Shown in pieces: positions 26,642 through 36,382 of a stretch of 64,000 nt of DNA. Origin of the DNA: an uncultured Acetatifactor sp. Its GTDB lineage: Bacteria; Bacillota; Clostridia; Lachnospirales; Lachnospiraceae. The translations under genes were made by a program, and so were the position numbers. The stretch spans positions 2,953 to 66,952 of the forward strand of contig CAJTPH010000023.1 in NCBI GenBank assembly GCA_910578215.1, written 5' to 3'. The first letter of the stretch is position 1. The number at the start of each line of letters is the position of its first letter. Under the pieces are notes generated by a model. The model searched no databases. It was not told where the DNA came from and saw only the letters and a list, made by a program, of their open reading frames with translations.

Positions 26642-26667
26642 ACAAGTAAAGAGAAGGCGCTGCAAAA

Positions 26668-27297
26668 TTACAGCGCCCCGTCCTTAAGCCATCTTACGGC
26701 AATCTGGGTCCTGTGCTCAAGCCCCGTTTTCTCCAGGATGGCGCTGATATGGTTTCTAACCGTGCCGTTTGAAATATACAGCCTGTCGGCGATCTCCTGA
26801 TTGGACAGCCCCTCGGCGATCAGCCTTACAATATCCGTCTCCCGGGGCGAGAGCAGCGCGAAGCAGCCGCAGGCGCTTCCCTGCCCGGCTATCCGTTCAC
26901 GGATGACCCTTAGAATGTCCTCCTGAAAAACCGTGCCGCCCGTGGCAACGGTCCTTACGGAATTAAGAATACGCTCTGCAGGACTGTTTTTTAATATATA
27001 GCCGCTTATGCCGCTTTTCAGGGCGCGCATAATAAAATCCTCCTCGTCAAAGGTGGTGAGCAGAAGCGGGACGGAGAGCCCTTCCGCAAGAATTCTTTCC
27101 GCAGCGGTGATGCCGTCGCAGCCGGACATCCTGATATCGAGCAGCGCCACGTCCGGGCGGATTTTCCTGCAGATCTCAAACGCCTCATTGCCGTCCGCCG
27201 CCTCTCCCGCCACACACATATCCTGCTGGGACGATAGAATCATTTTCAAACCCTCGCGGATAATCGGATCGTCATCCGCTATCAAAAGCCTGAGCAT
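26668..27297 (-). CDS. NarL/LuxR family response regulator (LnrK/YfiK-like)
   Basis: LIADDD, LLDIRM, LSPRETDIVRLIAEGLSNQEIADRLYISNGTVRNH; RBS before ATG 27297. Confidence 0.93.
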   Translation of the reverse strand: MLRLLIADDDPIIREGLKMILSSQQDMCVAGEAADGNEAFEICRKIRPDVALLDIRMSGCDGITAAERILAEGLSVPLLLTTFDEEDFIMRALKSGISGYILKNSPAERILNSVRTVATGGTVFQEDILRVIRERIAGQGSACGCFALLSPRETDIVRLIAEGLSNQEIADRLYISNGTVRNHISAILEKTGLEHRTQIAVRWLKDGAL

Positions 27298-27311
27298 ATA
27301 TCTGCCTCCTT

Positions 27312-28445
27312 TCACAGCCTGAAAATATTGATGACTTTAAAGCCCGGCGCCTGGCTTTCACAGATACACTGCCCGCCGTAAAGCGCCGTCCGCTCCTCCA
27401 TTGCCTCAAGCCCCATCCCCTTGGTAAAATCGCCGCTTTCGCCGTTGTCATAAAACTCCGCGCGGATAATTTTGTTATAGATACGGATGCGGAACTCAAA
27501 TCTGCCGGCGTTTGAATGCTTCACCGTGTTTGTCAGCGTCTCCGTGAGATTTTCTCTCAGGCAGCCCCATATCTGGGGCATTACCTTTTCGGTATCTCCC
27601 TCCACGGAAAGCTCCGTCTTTATCCCGTAGGTGAGCTCGAAGCGCTCCAGCATCTCCCTAAAGTCCGTTATGCCCGCGTCGCTCCTTTTGGGGCGCTCCT
27701 CCCGCAGGGCTTCCCGTATGCTGTCCACGCTGCCGCGCAGATTTTCTATGGCGGTTTCCAGGCTTTGCCGCGCCTGTTCGGGATTATTTTTGATATTGAG
27801 CCTCACGCCCTCCAAGAGTATGATGCTGCCCGAAATGCCATGTCCCAGCCTGTCGTGGATACGGGCGGAAAACCGGCTGCGTTCCTCTAAGGAGACGGCG
27901 CTTCTCACTGTTTTTATATAACCCTTCAGCTCGGCTATTTTATCGTTTTGTGCCGATATAGTTTCCCGCAGCTCCTCCGAAAGGCTCCTGTAACGCTCCA
28001 GCCTGTCCGCCATGTATCTTCCGAACCCTCCCGACGCCGTAAGGATAAGCGCGGTGATTCCCGCATAAAAATCCGGGGTAAAAATAAAAGCCGTAAGCGC
28101 CGCCGCGGCCGCCGAAATAACGTAGAAATAGCCGTCCGTGCAGACCGGCTCAACAAGCTGAAACAGCAGCATCAGCAAAAGCGGAAAGTAAACGGCAGGA
28201 CCACAGATAAAGCAGCCGGCTGTCTCCGCGGACAGGCAGGCCAGCCCGGCCCATCTTCTCCGAAGGGCTTCCGCCGGCCTGCGGCGGATTCTTTGATGCA
28301 AAAGAAAGTCTGTCAGAAAAAGACAGCAAAAGGCGAGTGCCCGGACCGCATTCAAGCCGTCCGGTGCATTCGCCCATGTTTCATATGCCGTGACCGCCGC
28401 CAGCGCGGTCAGCTTCAAGGTCAAATAAAAGGTGTTTTTATACAT
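27312..28445 (-). CDS. Intramembrane-sensing histidine kinase, HisKA_3 (LnrJ/YfiJ-like)
   Basis: TM N-terminus; ERSRFSARIHDRLGH; ETLTNTVKHS; DNG; GMGL. Confidence 0.9.
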   Translation of the reverse strand: MYKNTFYLTLKLTALAAVTAYETWANAPDGLNAVRALAFCCLFLTDFLLHQRIRRRPAEALRRRWAGLACLSAETAGCFICGPAVYFPLLLMLLFQLVEPVCTDGYFYVISAAAAALTAFIFTPDFYAGITALILTASGGFGRYMADRLERYRSLSEELRETISAQNDKIAELKGYIKTVRSAVSLEERSRFSARIHDRLGHGISGSIILLEGVRLNIKNNPEQARQSLETAIENLRGSVDSIREALREERPKRSDAGITDFREMLERFELTYGIKTELSVEGDTEKVMPQIWGCLRENLTETLTNTVKHSNAGRFEFRIRIYNKIIRAEFYDNGESGDFTKGMGLEAMEERTALYGGQCICESQAPGFKVINIFRL

Positions 28446-28461
28446 TTCGTTGTCAGCTTAT

Positions 28462-29619
28462 TTAATTGTTTTTCTTTGAGAATATAACCGCCGAAATCAG
28501 GTAAACCAGCAGAGCAAAGAGCGCAAGTATGCACAGCCGGCTGAAATATCCGTAGCCGGAGCTGCCGCCGTCCCTGAGCATGCTCATAAACCAATGCTGC
28601 GGGAAAATCTTCGCCACGTTCCCCACCGCGCCCAGACCGTCGGCAATGGGAAACCACGCGCCGCCCAGCATGCATCCGAAGGTAGTGTAGCCTATGCCCA
28701 CCGTAAACAGAGTCTGCTTTGAATGAATCAGCAGCGCAAGCATAACGGACAGCCCTACGGAAAACAGGACAAACAGCTCGCATGCCCCAAGGACTATCCC
28801 CTGGGGAACGGATATATCCCTGTGGGCGGAATATGCGTACACCGTAAATACAACGTTTATGATCGTTCCGCAGATTATGCCGCAAAGAGCCGTTCCGACG
28901 ATATACTCCCCCGGCCTTATGGGCGAACAGACGATACGGCTGTACGTTCCCTGCTGCCTGTCGGTGATAATGGAATTGGAGACAAAAAGGGTCACTCCCA
29001 TGATGCTCATAAGCATAAAGCCCTCCGCAAAGACAAACGCGGAAAGTGTGTTTACCCCTCTGTCCTTATTTTCATAGACCCTGACCTGGCCCACGCTCAC
29101 ATCCGCGGACAGCATCCGCGAAAACATTTCGGCGTTTCCTCCCGCGGCGTCCGCATACAGCCTGACGCTCTGCATATAGGAGTTTAAGTATACCTCGATA
29201 AACGAAGCGTTTTCATAGTCGTCCAGAGTGGTTATGACAAGCTCCCTGACACTGCCCCTTGCCGCATCGTCGTAAAATCCCTGCGGAACCTCTATTATAG
29301 CAGAAATATCCCTGTCAATCAACAGCTTCGCCTGAAGCTCATAGTCATTTTCAAGAACCACCTCCATGCCGAGGGTATTTTCCAGATAATTTTTCAGGTT
29401 CCCGGAAAGAGGGCTGTTATCCCTGTCGATGAGCCCGGTTTTTATTTTGTCGGAGATCACTATCATATCGGCGTCCTTATCCCCCTTTGAGCCCTCCCCG
29501 CCGGAAGACACAAGAGCTTCAAAAATAACCGCCATAAATACCGCCGCCATTACCGCCACAAAAAGCATCAGCATGCCTCTCCTGACGCTGTTTACAAAAA
29601 TAAGCAGAATATTTTTCAC
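28462..29619 (-). CDS. ABC-2 type permease (LnrN/YfiN-like)
   Basis: One N-terminal TM, extracellular loop, five C-terminal TMs; LGGAWFP motif. Confidence 0.88.
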   Translation of the reverse strand: MKNILLIFVNSVRRGMLMLFVAVMAAVFMAVIFEALVSSGGEGSKGDKDADMIVISDKIKTGLIDRDNSPLSGNLKNYLENTLGMEVVLENDYELQAKLLIDRDISAIIEVPQGFYDDAARGSVRELVITTLDDYENASFIEVYLNSYMQSVRLYADAAGGNAEMFSRMLSADVSVGQVRVYENKDRGVNTLSAFVFAEGFMLMSIMGVTLFVSNSIITDRQQGTYSRIVCSPIRPGEYIVGTALCGIICGTIINVVFTVYAYSAHRDISVPQGIVLGACELFVLFSVGLSVMLALLIHSKQTLFTVGIGYTTFGCMLGGAWFPIADGLGAVGNVAKIFPQHWFMSMLRDGGSSGYGYFSRLCILALFALLVYLISAVIFSKKNN

Positions 29620-30737
29620 GATTTTTTCCTCCCGGCGCCTGCCTTAATCCTCCCCATGACAAGTACTGCGGCAAAAACGGCCAGAGAGACCGCAATCACG
29701 CGAAACGCCCTCTGGGTTTTTCCGAATACCGTCAAATCAAACGCTGCCCTCTGAATCACATACATGGGTAAATATTCGGTTAAGCCCGGAACATGAATGT
29801 CCATGGCAAAGGTGCCCGAGAAAAACATTGCCAGCCACAGCGCCGGCATAATCACAAAGCCTGTGGGAATATGCGGAAACAGCAGATTCAAAAACACTCC
29901 CAAGGACAGCGCCGCCAGGGATGCGCTTATAAACATTGCCGCAAGCAGAAGATTCCCGGAGAACCCGCTGCAGTAATGGGCCCCGAAAAGCAGCGTGCTT
30001 GCAAGCATGACAGACAGGATCTGAACCAGCACCATGGGCATGGAGCCTATGATCTTGCCGAAAAACACCGCCGCCCTGCTCACGGGGGAGGCATCCAGGC
30101 GGATTATGGTGGCATTTGCATGCTCGCTCTCATACACCCCCGCTCCTCCGATACAGCTTCCCATAAACAGAATCATGACCGTCATTGTCACGGCATAGTA
30201 ATCCATCATGGAGCGGTTTGTGCCCAGATCCTTATGGAGCACAAGACTGCCGCCCTCCCCGCCTGCGGTCATCCGGATATCCGCCAGCGCCCCCGGATTT
30301 TCCATGGCCACCGACACATATGCCGCCGCATTCCAATTATAGCTGTCGAAAACTGCCTTCACCGTCCGGTTTTTTATTTTGTCCCTGCCGCCGTGAATAA
30401 GGATATCCCAACCGTCCAGCTCCACCGCCGCGGAATAAACCTCCGTGTCAAAGCCGCTTATCTCGTCCGCGCTTAATTTTTCCGCCGTCAGCACGCCCTC
30501 ATCCTCCAGAGAGCTTATATAGCCCTCTAAGGCAGCTGCGGCATACGCTTCCCCGCCGTCGGCGCAGTATGCAAGCTTAAGCTCTCCTACAGCCTTATCG
30601 GACGACTCCACGGATTCCAGAAAGGTTCCCAGAAAGAACACACAGGCGCAGGGAAAAAATATGGTAAAAAACAGATTAGAGCCGTTTCTTATAAAAGAGC
30701 GGGCTTCATTCATAATTATACTCAGCATGCCCGTCAC
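29616..30737 (-). CDS. ABC-2 type permease (LnrM/YfiM-like)
   Basis: SMMDYYAVTM, RLDASPVS..FFGK motifs; coupled to neighbours. Confidence 0.88.
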   Translation of the reverse strand: MTGMLSIIMNEARSFIRNGSNLFFTIFFPCACVFFLGTFLESVESSDKAVGELKLAYCADGGEAYAAAALEGYISSLEDEGVLTAEKLSADEISGFDTEVYSAAVELDGWDILIHGGRDKIKNRTVKAVFDSYNWNAAAYVSVAMENPGALADIRMTAGGEGGSLVLHKDLGTNRSMMDYYAVTMTVMILFMGSCIGGAGVYESEHANATIIRLDASPVSRAAVFFGKIIGSMPMVLVQILSVMLASTLLFGAHYCSGFSGNLLLAAMFISASLAALSLGVFLNLLFPHIPTGFVIMPALWLAMFFSGTFAMDIHVPGLTEYLPMYVIQRAAFDLTVFGKTQRAFRVIAVSLAVFAAVLVMGRIKAGAGRKKS

Positions 30738-31681
30738 CTCAGCTCTCTGCCTGTCATGGCGATAAACACATCCTCAAGGTTCATGGACTGTGACGAAAAG
30801 CCCGCTACGGGCAGACCCCGCTTCTGCATGCGCTCAAGAATAAAGGTATAGTCGCGGCAGATGCTGCCCACCTCCAAAGCGATCTCGTTATCGTTCATCC
30901 GTCCGCTCCTTACGTCTGGGAGCTTTGTAAGCTCGGCGATAAAGCCTTCGCTGTCGAAATCCGCGGGCGCCTGCGTCTGGATTTTGATGGATTTGCTCTC
31001 GCTTACAAGGGCAATCAGCTCCGCCTCCGTCCCACAGGCCACCAGCTGACCGTGATCAATGATGGCGATGCGGTCGCAGAGCTCCTCCACCTCGTTCATA
31101 TAATGGGAGGTATATATCACCGTCGCCCCCCGCTCCCGCAGGGTCCTGACGGAATTCAGGATATGCTCTCTTGACTGGGCGTCCACGCCCACGGTCGGCT
31201 CATCCATAATGATCAGCCTTGGATTGTGGGCGATTCCGCAGGCAATGTTTAAGCGGCGCTGCATTCCTCCCGACATCCTCTTTGGCTTCATTTTGGCCCG
31301 GTCGGACAGCCCCACGAATTTCAGAGCTTCGTTTGCCGCATCGTTCAGCTCCCTGCCCTTCAGCCCGTAAAGCGAGGCAAAAAAGCGAACGTTCTCCACC
31401 GCGGAAAGAAAAGGATACAAGGCTATCTCCTGCGGCACCATGCCTATCATCCGTTTTATTTGACCCCTGCTTTTTACCAGATCCGCGCCGTCGACGGTGA
31501 CGCTTCCCTTTCCGAAATCGGAGAGGGAATTGATCACGTTCATGGTGGTGGACTTTCCTGCGCCGTTCGGCCCCAACAGCCCGAAAATCTCGCCCTCATA
31601 AACCGAAAAGCTGAGATTATCCACGGCGCAGAAATCCCCGTAATTTTTCACCAGATTTTTTACAGTAAGAAATTCTTTCAT
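30734..31681 (-). CDS. ABC-2 ATP-binding protein (LnrL/YfiL-like)
   Basis: GPNGAGKST, MSGGMQRRLNIACGI, MDEPTVGVD, YTSHYM. Confidence 0.93.
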   Translation of the reverse strand: MKEFLTVKNLVKNYGDFCAVDNLSFSVYEGEIFGLLGPNGAGKSTTMNVINSLSDFGKGSVTVDGADLVKSRGQIKRMIGMVPQEIALYPFLSAVENVRFFASLYGLKGRELNDAANEALKFVGLSDRAKMKPKRMSGGMQRRLNIACGIAHNPRLIIMDEPTVGVDAQSREHILNSVRTLRERGATVIYTSHYMNEVEELCDRIAIIDHGQLVACGTEAELIALVSESKSIKIQTQAPADFDSEGFIAELTKLPDVRSGRMNDNEIALEVGSICRDYTFILERMQKRGLPVAGFSSQSMNLEDVFIAMTGRELR

Positions 31682-31775
31682 GCCTGTTCCCCCTGTGCGC
31701 ACGTTATTTGTTAAAGACCGAAACGGTTTGCGCCGTTCACACTACAGGTATAACACAGCGGGCGGCAAAGGAGAA

Positions 31776-31812
31776 GTGACTTTTGATAGATTTTGGGGAT
31801 TACATTTGTCAT
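31776..31812 (-). promoter_or_regulatory. Putative response-regulator binding site upstream of the ABC-2 operon
   Basis: Minus strand ATGACAAATGTAAT-N9-CTATCAAAAGTCAC, two degenerate TGAC-N4-GTCA boxes upstream of a TGtTATAC -10-like element. Confidence 0.45.
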
Positions 31813-31878
31813 AACAGAAGTATGGACCGCTGAAACGCGGACGATGCGCAGAAGAAGGACCGCGCCTCCGGGCCGTTC

Positions 31879-33597
31879 TCAGAGAGCCTCCGTGGAAACG
31901 GTAAACGTGCATATATAGACGCCGCCCTCCAGAGGCTCCACCTCCCACTGCAGCACATGGACAGGCTCCGCCTCCCCCTGATGGTTGACATGAAGGACGG
32001 TCCTCTGTACGATCTCACCCCTCACGCCCCGGGGCACGATTTTTGCCCGGCGTCTTTTGCCGCAGATAATAATCTGCCCCTCTGCCACGGCTGCCGGCAG
32101 CCTTGTGACCAGGTTTTCCTTAAACTCCGCCTCCCTGTCCGACAGGGCGGTGTCCGTCACGGTGAGCTCTCCTGTGGCTTCGTCCAGATGCAGCCTCCGT
32201 TCCAGCCGTCTCAGGTACGGCTTTCCGTAAGCCGCCTCAAACCGTATTACAGCGGTCCCCCTCTCCGGAACGGCAAAGACATCCGCACGGTATTCCTTTC
32301 CGGCGCATTGGTCGCCGCCGTCAATCAGAGGGATATTGTGGCCGGCTCCCCGGTTGCAGAAAATCGTATATCTTTTATCCGAGAAATATTCCTTCGTATA
32401 TTCGCCGCAGCCCAGATCGTCCAGAAACGCCTCCCCGTCCGCCAGGTAAAAGAAGCTGCCCACATCATTGTGATTGTGGGATTCCGCGTTATGCCCGCCC
32501 TTGACGACGGCGGCGCTTCCGCCCTCTCCCCGGAAAACCGCCCACTGCACATCCGGAAAGACCTCGCAGCCGCAGTCCGCCAATGCCCTGGGCGCAGCCT
32601 GCCCGGCCTCCAGAAACCTGCCCGTCCAATACCAGTCCCAATATACGCCGACCCAGCGCCAGCAGGTATCCTGTCCCAGCCTCCGCGCGTATTGCGGCTC
32701 CGGGAAACGCACGCTGTCAAAATCATACGCCAGACTGCAGGTAAGTCCCATGGAATACGGCTCAAAGCAGCTGCCGTCCGAAAAGCTGACGGTTCTGCCT
32801 CCCCTGAAATAGCACTTTTGCTGGAAGCAGGCAATGGCCTCCTGCTTTTTTCCCGCCAAGATATCCATGTCGGGATAGACCTCTCTCAGCTGCCTTGCAA
32901 ATAACATAAAATAAGTAAGGCCGTACGCCCAATAGCCCAGCCCCTCCTCACAGGCGCCGTCATCCCCAAAGCCCTTTAAATAAAAGGTCAGCGCATGAGC
33001 AAGACGCTCCGCAAGCGCCCTCCTTTCCGCCCCCTCCTTCAGCAAAAGCAGCCCTGCGCTCCCGATGTTTCCGCAACACACGGCGTTCCAGTTGTTACCG
33101 CTTCTCTCCCAGCCGGAGTACGGAGCCCGGGACGCCATAAACGGCGCAAGCACCCGGGTCTCCACCTCCCTTTTCACCCTTTCCGCCACAGGCTCCGAAA
33201 GCTCGTCACCAAGAAGCGTCACAAGCTGCGCCAGGGTCTGCGCCGTCTCGCTTGCAAACAGGTCTATTGTGATCCTCCAGTCAGGCTTCCTCCTGTCCAC
33301 ATGGGCGGGAAGCGCCCAGCATTCCTCCCGGCAGATTTCCAGCAGAACCTCCTCCAGCTTACCCACGTCCTCTTTTCCGTGCCTCATCACACACACAAGC
33401 CCAAAGACCGAAAGAAATTTTCTGCGCCCGAAATAAACCGCCTCGTAGTGCAGGCGGTTTCCGTTTCTCTCAAACTCCGAAAAAAGCTCCTCCGTAAGCT
33501 CCGGCAGCTTCCGGCCGCGCAGCTCCTGCGCCAGCCTCAGGACGTCCCTCTCATATTCCTCTTTAAAACCGGCGATCTGCCCCAGCAGTTCCTCCAT
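31879..33597 (-). CDS. Heparinase II/III-like protein
   Basis: IDLFASET, NNWNAVC, DGACEEGLGYWAYG, KGGHNAESHNHNDVGSF. Confidence 0.88.
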   Translation of the reverse strand: MEELLGQIAGFKEEYERDVLRLAQELRGRKLPELTEELFSEFERNGNRLHYEAVYFGRRKFLSVFGLVCVMRHGKEDVGKLEEVLLEICREECWALPAHVDRRKPDWRITIDLFASETAQTLAQLVTLLGDELSEPVAERVKREVETRVLAPFMASRAPYSGWERSGNNWNAVCCGNIGSAGLLLLKEGAERRALAERLAHALTFYLKGFGDDGACEEGLGYWAYGLTYFMLFARQLREVYPDMDILAGKKQEAIACFQQKCYFRGGRTVSFSDGSCFEPYSMGLTCSLAYDFDSVRFPEPQYARRLGQDTCWRWVGVYWDWYWTGRFLEAGQAAPRALADCGCEVFPDVQWAVFRGEGGSAAVVKGGHNAESHNHNDVGSFFYLADGEAFLDDLGCGEYTKEYFSDKRYTIFCNRGAGHNIPLIDGGDQCAGKEYRADVFAVPERGTAVIRFEAAYGKPYLRRLERRLHLDEATGELTVTDTALSDREAEFKENLVTRLPAAVAEGQIIICGKRRRAKIVPRGVRGEIVQRTVLHVNHQGEAEPVHVLQWEVEPLEGGVYICTFTVSTEAL

Positions 33598-33613
33598 AAC
33601 AGTCTGACCTCTC

Positions 33614-34498
33614 TCAGTCTTCCAGCCGAATCAGCTGGTACTCACGGCTTCCGTATCCCAGCCTTGCCGCCGACTCTATGGTCCGGATGCCGTTTCTTGA
33701 TTCCACCCGCTGAATAAAGTGATCCCTGCCCGGATCGTCGGAGGCGTAAATCAGATCCAGACATGCCTGGTCCAGCGCCACAGGGTCCAGGGAGGACAAA
33801 ATACCGATATCCTTCATGCAGGGGTCCTCCGCCACCGCGCAACAGTCGCAGTCCACAGAGAGGTTGCACATAATATTGATATAGGCGATATTTCCCTTGA
33901 AATAATTTATCACGGAGCCTGCAGCGTCCGCCATGGCATCGCAGAAGACCTCCTGAGGGGCGGTATGGCTCCAGACGACCGCCTGGTCCTCCGTGGTCCC
34001 TCCCGAATGAATCAGGCTTTTGCCCGCGGAGGATGCGCAGCCTATGGACAGCTGCTTCAGCGCTCCGCCGTACCCTCCCATGGGATGCCCCTTGAAGTGC
34101 GAGAGCACCAGCATGGAATCATAATTCTGAATATTTTTTCCCACAAGATTCTCCTTCAGCGCCAAGCCGTTTTTGATCTCCAGCCGCAGATCCGGTCCCT
34201 CCGCATCCATAAGATCAACGTCAAAATACCTGGTCCAGCCGTGGGTATTCATCAGCTTCATATGCTTTACGGTGGTATTCCGTGCTCCCTCGTAAGCCGT
34301 ATTGCACTCCACCACAGTGGCCTTCAGCTCGCCGATCATGGGCTTCCAGAATTCCGGGTGCAGATAGTTCTGGTTTCCTTCCTCGCCGGAATGCACCTTT
34401 GCCGCCACCTTACCGGAAAGCTCCCTTCCCAGCGCCTGATACATCCTTATCACCTTCTCGGGGGTAATGCTTTTCGTAAAATAGACCTTGGCTTTCAT
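33614..34498 (-). CDS. DUF362 family Fe-S protein
   Basis: KVHSGE, ECNTAY, SHFKGHPMGGYGGALK, SVDCDC, DPVALDQAC. Confidence 0.88.
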   Translation of the reverse strand: MKAKVYFTKSITPEKVIRMYQALGRELSGKVAAKVHSGEEGNQNYLHPEFWKPMIGELKATVVECNTAYEGARNTTVKHMKLMNTHGWTRYFDVDLMDAEGPDLRLEIKNGLALKENLVGKNIQNYDSMLVLSHFKGHPMGGYGGALKQLSIGCASSAGKSLIHSGGTTEDQAVVWSHTAPQEVFCDAMADAAGSVINYFKGNIAYINIMCNLSVDCDCCAVAEDPCMKDIGILSSLDPVALDQACLDLIYASDDPGRDHFIQRVESRNGIRTIESAARLGYGSREYQLIRLED

Positions 34499-34576
34499 AA
34501 TAATTTCCTCCCTAGGCTCTTTTTTCAGATCTTACCATATTTTATTAATCCTGTTTTCCTTGATAATCTGCTTTAC

Positions 34577-34599
34577 TTGCCTATACACGATATAGGCAA
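34577..34599. promoter_or_regulatory. Palindrome upstream of DUF362 (possible operator)
   Basis: TTGCCTATA-N5-TATAGGCAA perfect inverted repeat. Confidence 0.4.
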
Positions 34600-34627
34600 A
34601 TGCGGCTATCCATGTTATTCAATTTTA

Positions 34628-35257
34628 TTACGTCACTATGCCCGCAAGCTGCCCATAGCTGAAAAACTCTTTTTCTCCCAGCTCCAGCGTCCGGTCCACA
34701 TAGTATTCCAGCCAGTCCAGAAAGCTCATGGTGCTATGGCTGACAGGGTGAAGCAGCGGCAGGATACCCGCATCGTTGGCCAGATCGTAATACCAGACCG
34801 TTCCGCAGGTTTCACTGTCCCGGGAATTGACGATCAATATGCTGTACATTCCGCATCCCTCATGACACAGGTACAGAAAACCTGCCTGCACCTCGTCACC
34901 ACGGAACAGCTTATCGTACTCCTCCTCCGTAAGCTTCTCTATCAGCAGCGGGTTCCGTACAGTGTACAAAAAGGGCTTCTTCACATCCGCATCCCCCTCG
35001 GAACATCCGGGGAAATAACCGGGCAGCCCGTACAAGCCGTAAAAGGGCTGTGTGCCGGCGCCCGCCACAGTCGTGATAAACCGCCTGTAATCCTCCGGAA
35101 GCCTGATCCCGTTTTGCTTCTCGAAAGCAGCCGCCTTTTCCTCTGAAAGAGGCGGCTGCCATACGGGCGGGAATTTCCCGCAGCTATACTGAAAGGTCTT
35201 ACCGGCAAGCCCCTCCGCCTTTTTCATTATAGAGCCTATTCTCTCATCGATTGTCAT
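34628..35257 (-). CDS. SMI1/KNR4 (SUKH) family protein
   Basis: PPLSEE...FEKQNGIRLPEDYRRFI, CHEGCG, SFLDW. Confidence 0.85.
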   Translation of the reverse strand: MTIDERIGSIMKKAEGLAGKTFQYSCGKFPPVWQPPLSEEKAAAFEKQNGIRLPEDYRRFITTVAGAGTQPFYGLYGLPGYFPGCSEGDADVKKPFLYTVRNPLLIEKLTEEEYDKLFRGDEVQAGFLYLCHEGCGMYSILIVNSRDSETCGTVWYYDLANDAGILPLLHPVSHSTMSFLDWLEYYVDRTLELGEKEFFSYGQLAGIVT

Positions 35258-36248
35258 CCTGATCCGCTTCCTTCCTCACATTTTGTTTTTCTCCCCTGCG
35301 CAGGAGATACCTCAGATATTCGTCGGCAGACATACCCCTTTTCTCTGCCTGCTTTCTCAACAACGAAAGGGTATCCCCCTCCAGCCGGCTGCCGGCATCG
35401 TCCCTTATCCTGGCATAATACTCCACAAATCCGGCACTTATGACGCCGGTGGGTATGGCAACCACGCATACCCCCAAAAGCGCGATGATAATTGCCACAA
35501 GCTTGCCCCCCACGGTAACGGGGTAAATATCCCCGTAGCCCACCGTGAGCACCGTTGACATCGCCCACCATATCCCGGAAAAGGCGTTTTCAAACACATC
35601 CGGCTGTACGTCATGCTCAAATCCATACATGCACAGTGATGCCGCCAGCATAATCATGGCAATCATGGATATGGAGGACAGCAGCTGCTTTTTCTTCTGT
35701 ACCACCACCTCCGCAACGATACTGAAGGCATCAAAGCTCTGGTTGACCCGAAACAGCCTCATGATCCTGATAACCCGTATCATCCTGAGCGCCACAATAC
35801 CGTTGGAATACAGCGGGGCAAAGTACGAAACGATCGTCAGCAGGTCCACTAAGCCGTAAAAGGAGAAGACAAAACGCCTCACCGCGCGCATCCCCTTGTC
35901 CTTTGGATAGAGCAGGTCGCTTGTCCACAGCCGAAGCAGGTATTCCACGATAAACAGGATGATCGTACCCAGCTCGATGCCGTTCAGGACACGGGAATAA
36001 GGCTCCAGGGCTTCAAAGGTCTGCAGAAAGGTCACGCTTATGCTTGTAAGAATGACGCATACGATCAGAAGATCAAAGATCCTGCTTGGAACATCCACTC
36101 TGGTCCCTATCTGTATTATGTCAAAAATTCTTTTTTTATTAATCTGTAGCTGTCTGTCTGCATTCAGACTATCCCGGTTCCGCCCTTTTTCCCGCCCTGC
36201 CCTCATACCCTTAAACCCTTCCGTCAGCACGTCCCGCAACAGGTCCAC
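35244..36248 (-). CDS. Voltage-gated-type potassium channel (ion transporter)
   Basis: S4 LRMIRVIRIMRLFR; pore WWAMSTVLTVGYGDIYP. Confidence 0.92.
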   Translation of the reverse strand: MDLLRDVLTEGFKGMRAGREKGRNRDSLNADRQLQINKKRIFDIIQIGTRVDVPSRIFDLLIVCVILTSISVTFLQTFEALEPYSRVLNGIELGTIILFIVEYLLRLWTSDLLYPKDKGMRAVRRFVFSFYGLVDLLTIVSYFAPLYSNGIVALRMIRVIRIMRLFRVNQSFDAFSIVAEVVVQKKKQLLSSISMIAMIMLAASLCMYGFEHDVQPDVFENAFSGIWWAMSTVLTVGYGDIYPVTVGGKLVAIIIALLGVCVVAIPTGVISAGFVEYYARIRDDAGSRLEGDTLSLLRKQAEKRGMSADEYLRYLLRRGEKQNVRKEADQDDNR

Positions 36249-36382
36249 ATGGCCTTTTCCATATTATGACATACCCCCGTGAAAACTGCAACCGGATTCT
36301 TAACTTGCTTTCCGCATATGCTTATGCTACAATACGTATAGTAAATTCCTGTTTCGCCCGGATTTACAAAATACGGAAAGAC

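Larger units (their letters stand above)
16283..26650. mobile_element. AT-rich genomic island (horizontally acquired cargo; no integrase or transposase visible)
   Basis: Abrupt visible shift to AT-rich sequence relative to both flanks; left edge truncates an HTH gene; right edge has a 17-bp tandem repeat. Confidence 0.6.

Noticed and set aside
16270..26650. att-like direct repeats flanking the island (atttcaga at both ends)
   Set aside because: Match is only about 8 bp in AT-rich DNA and no integrase is present
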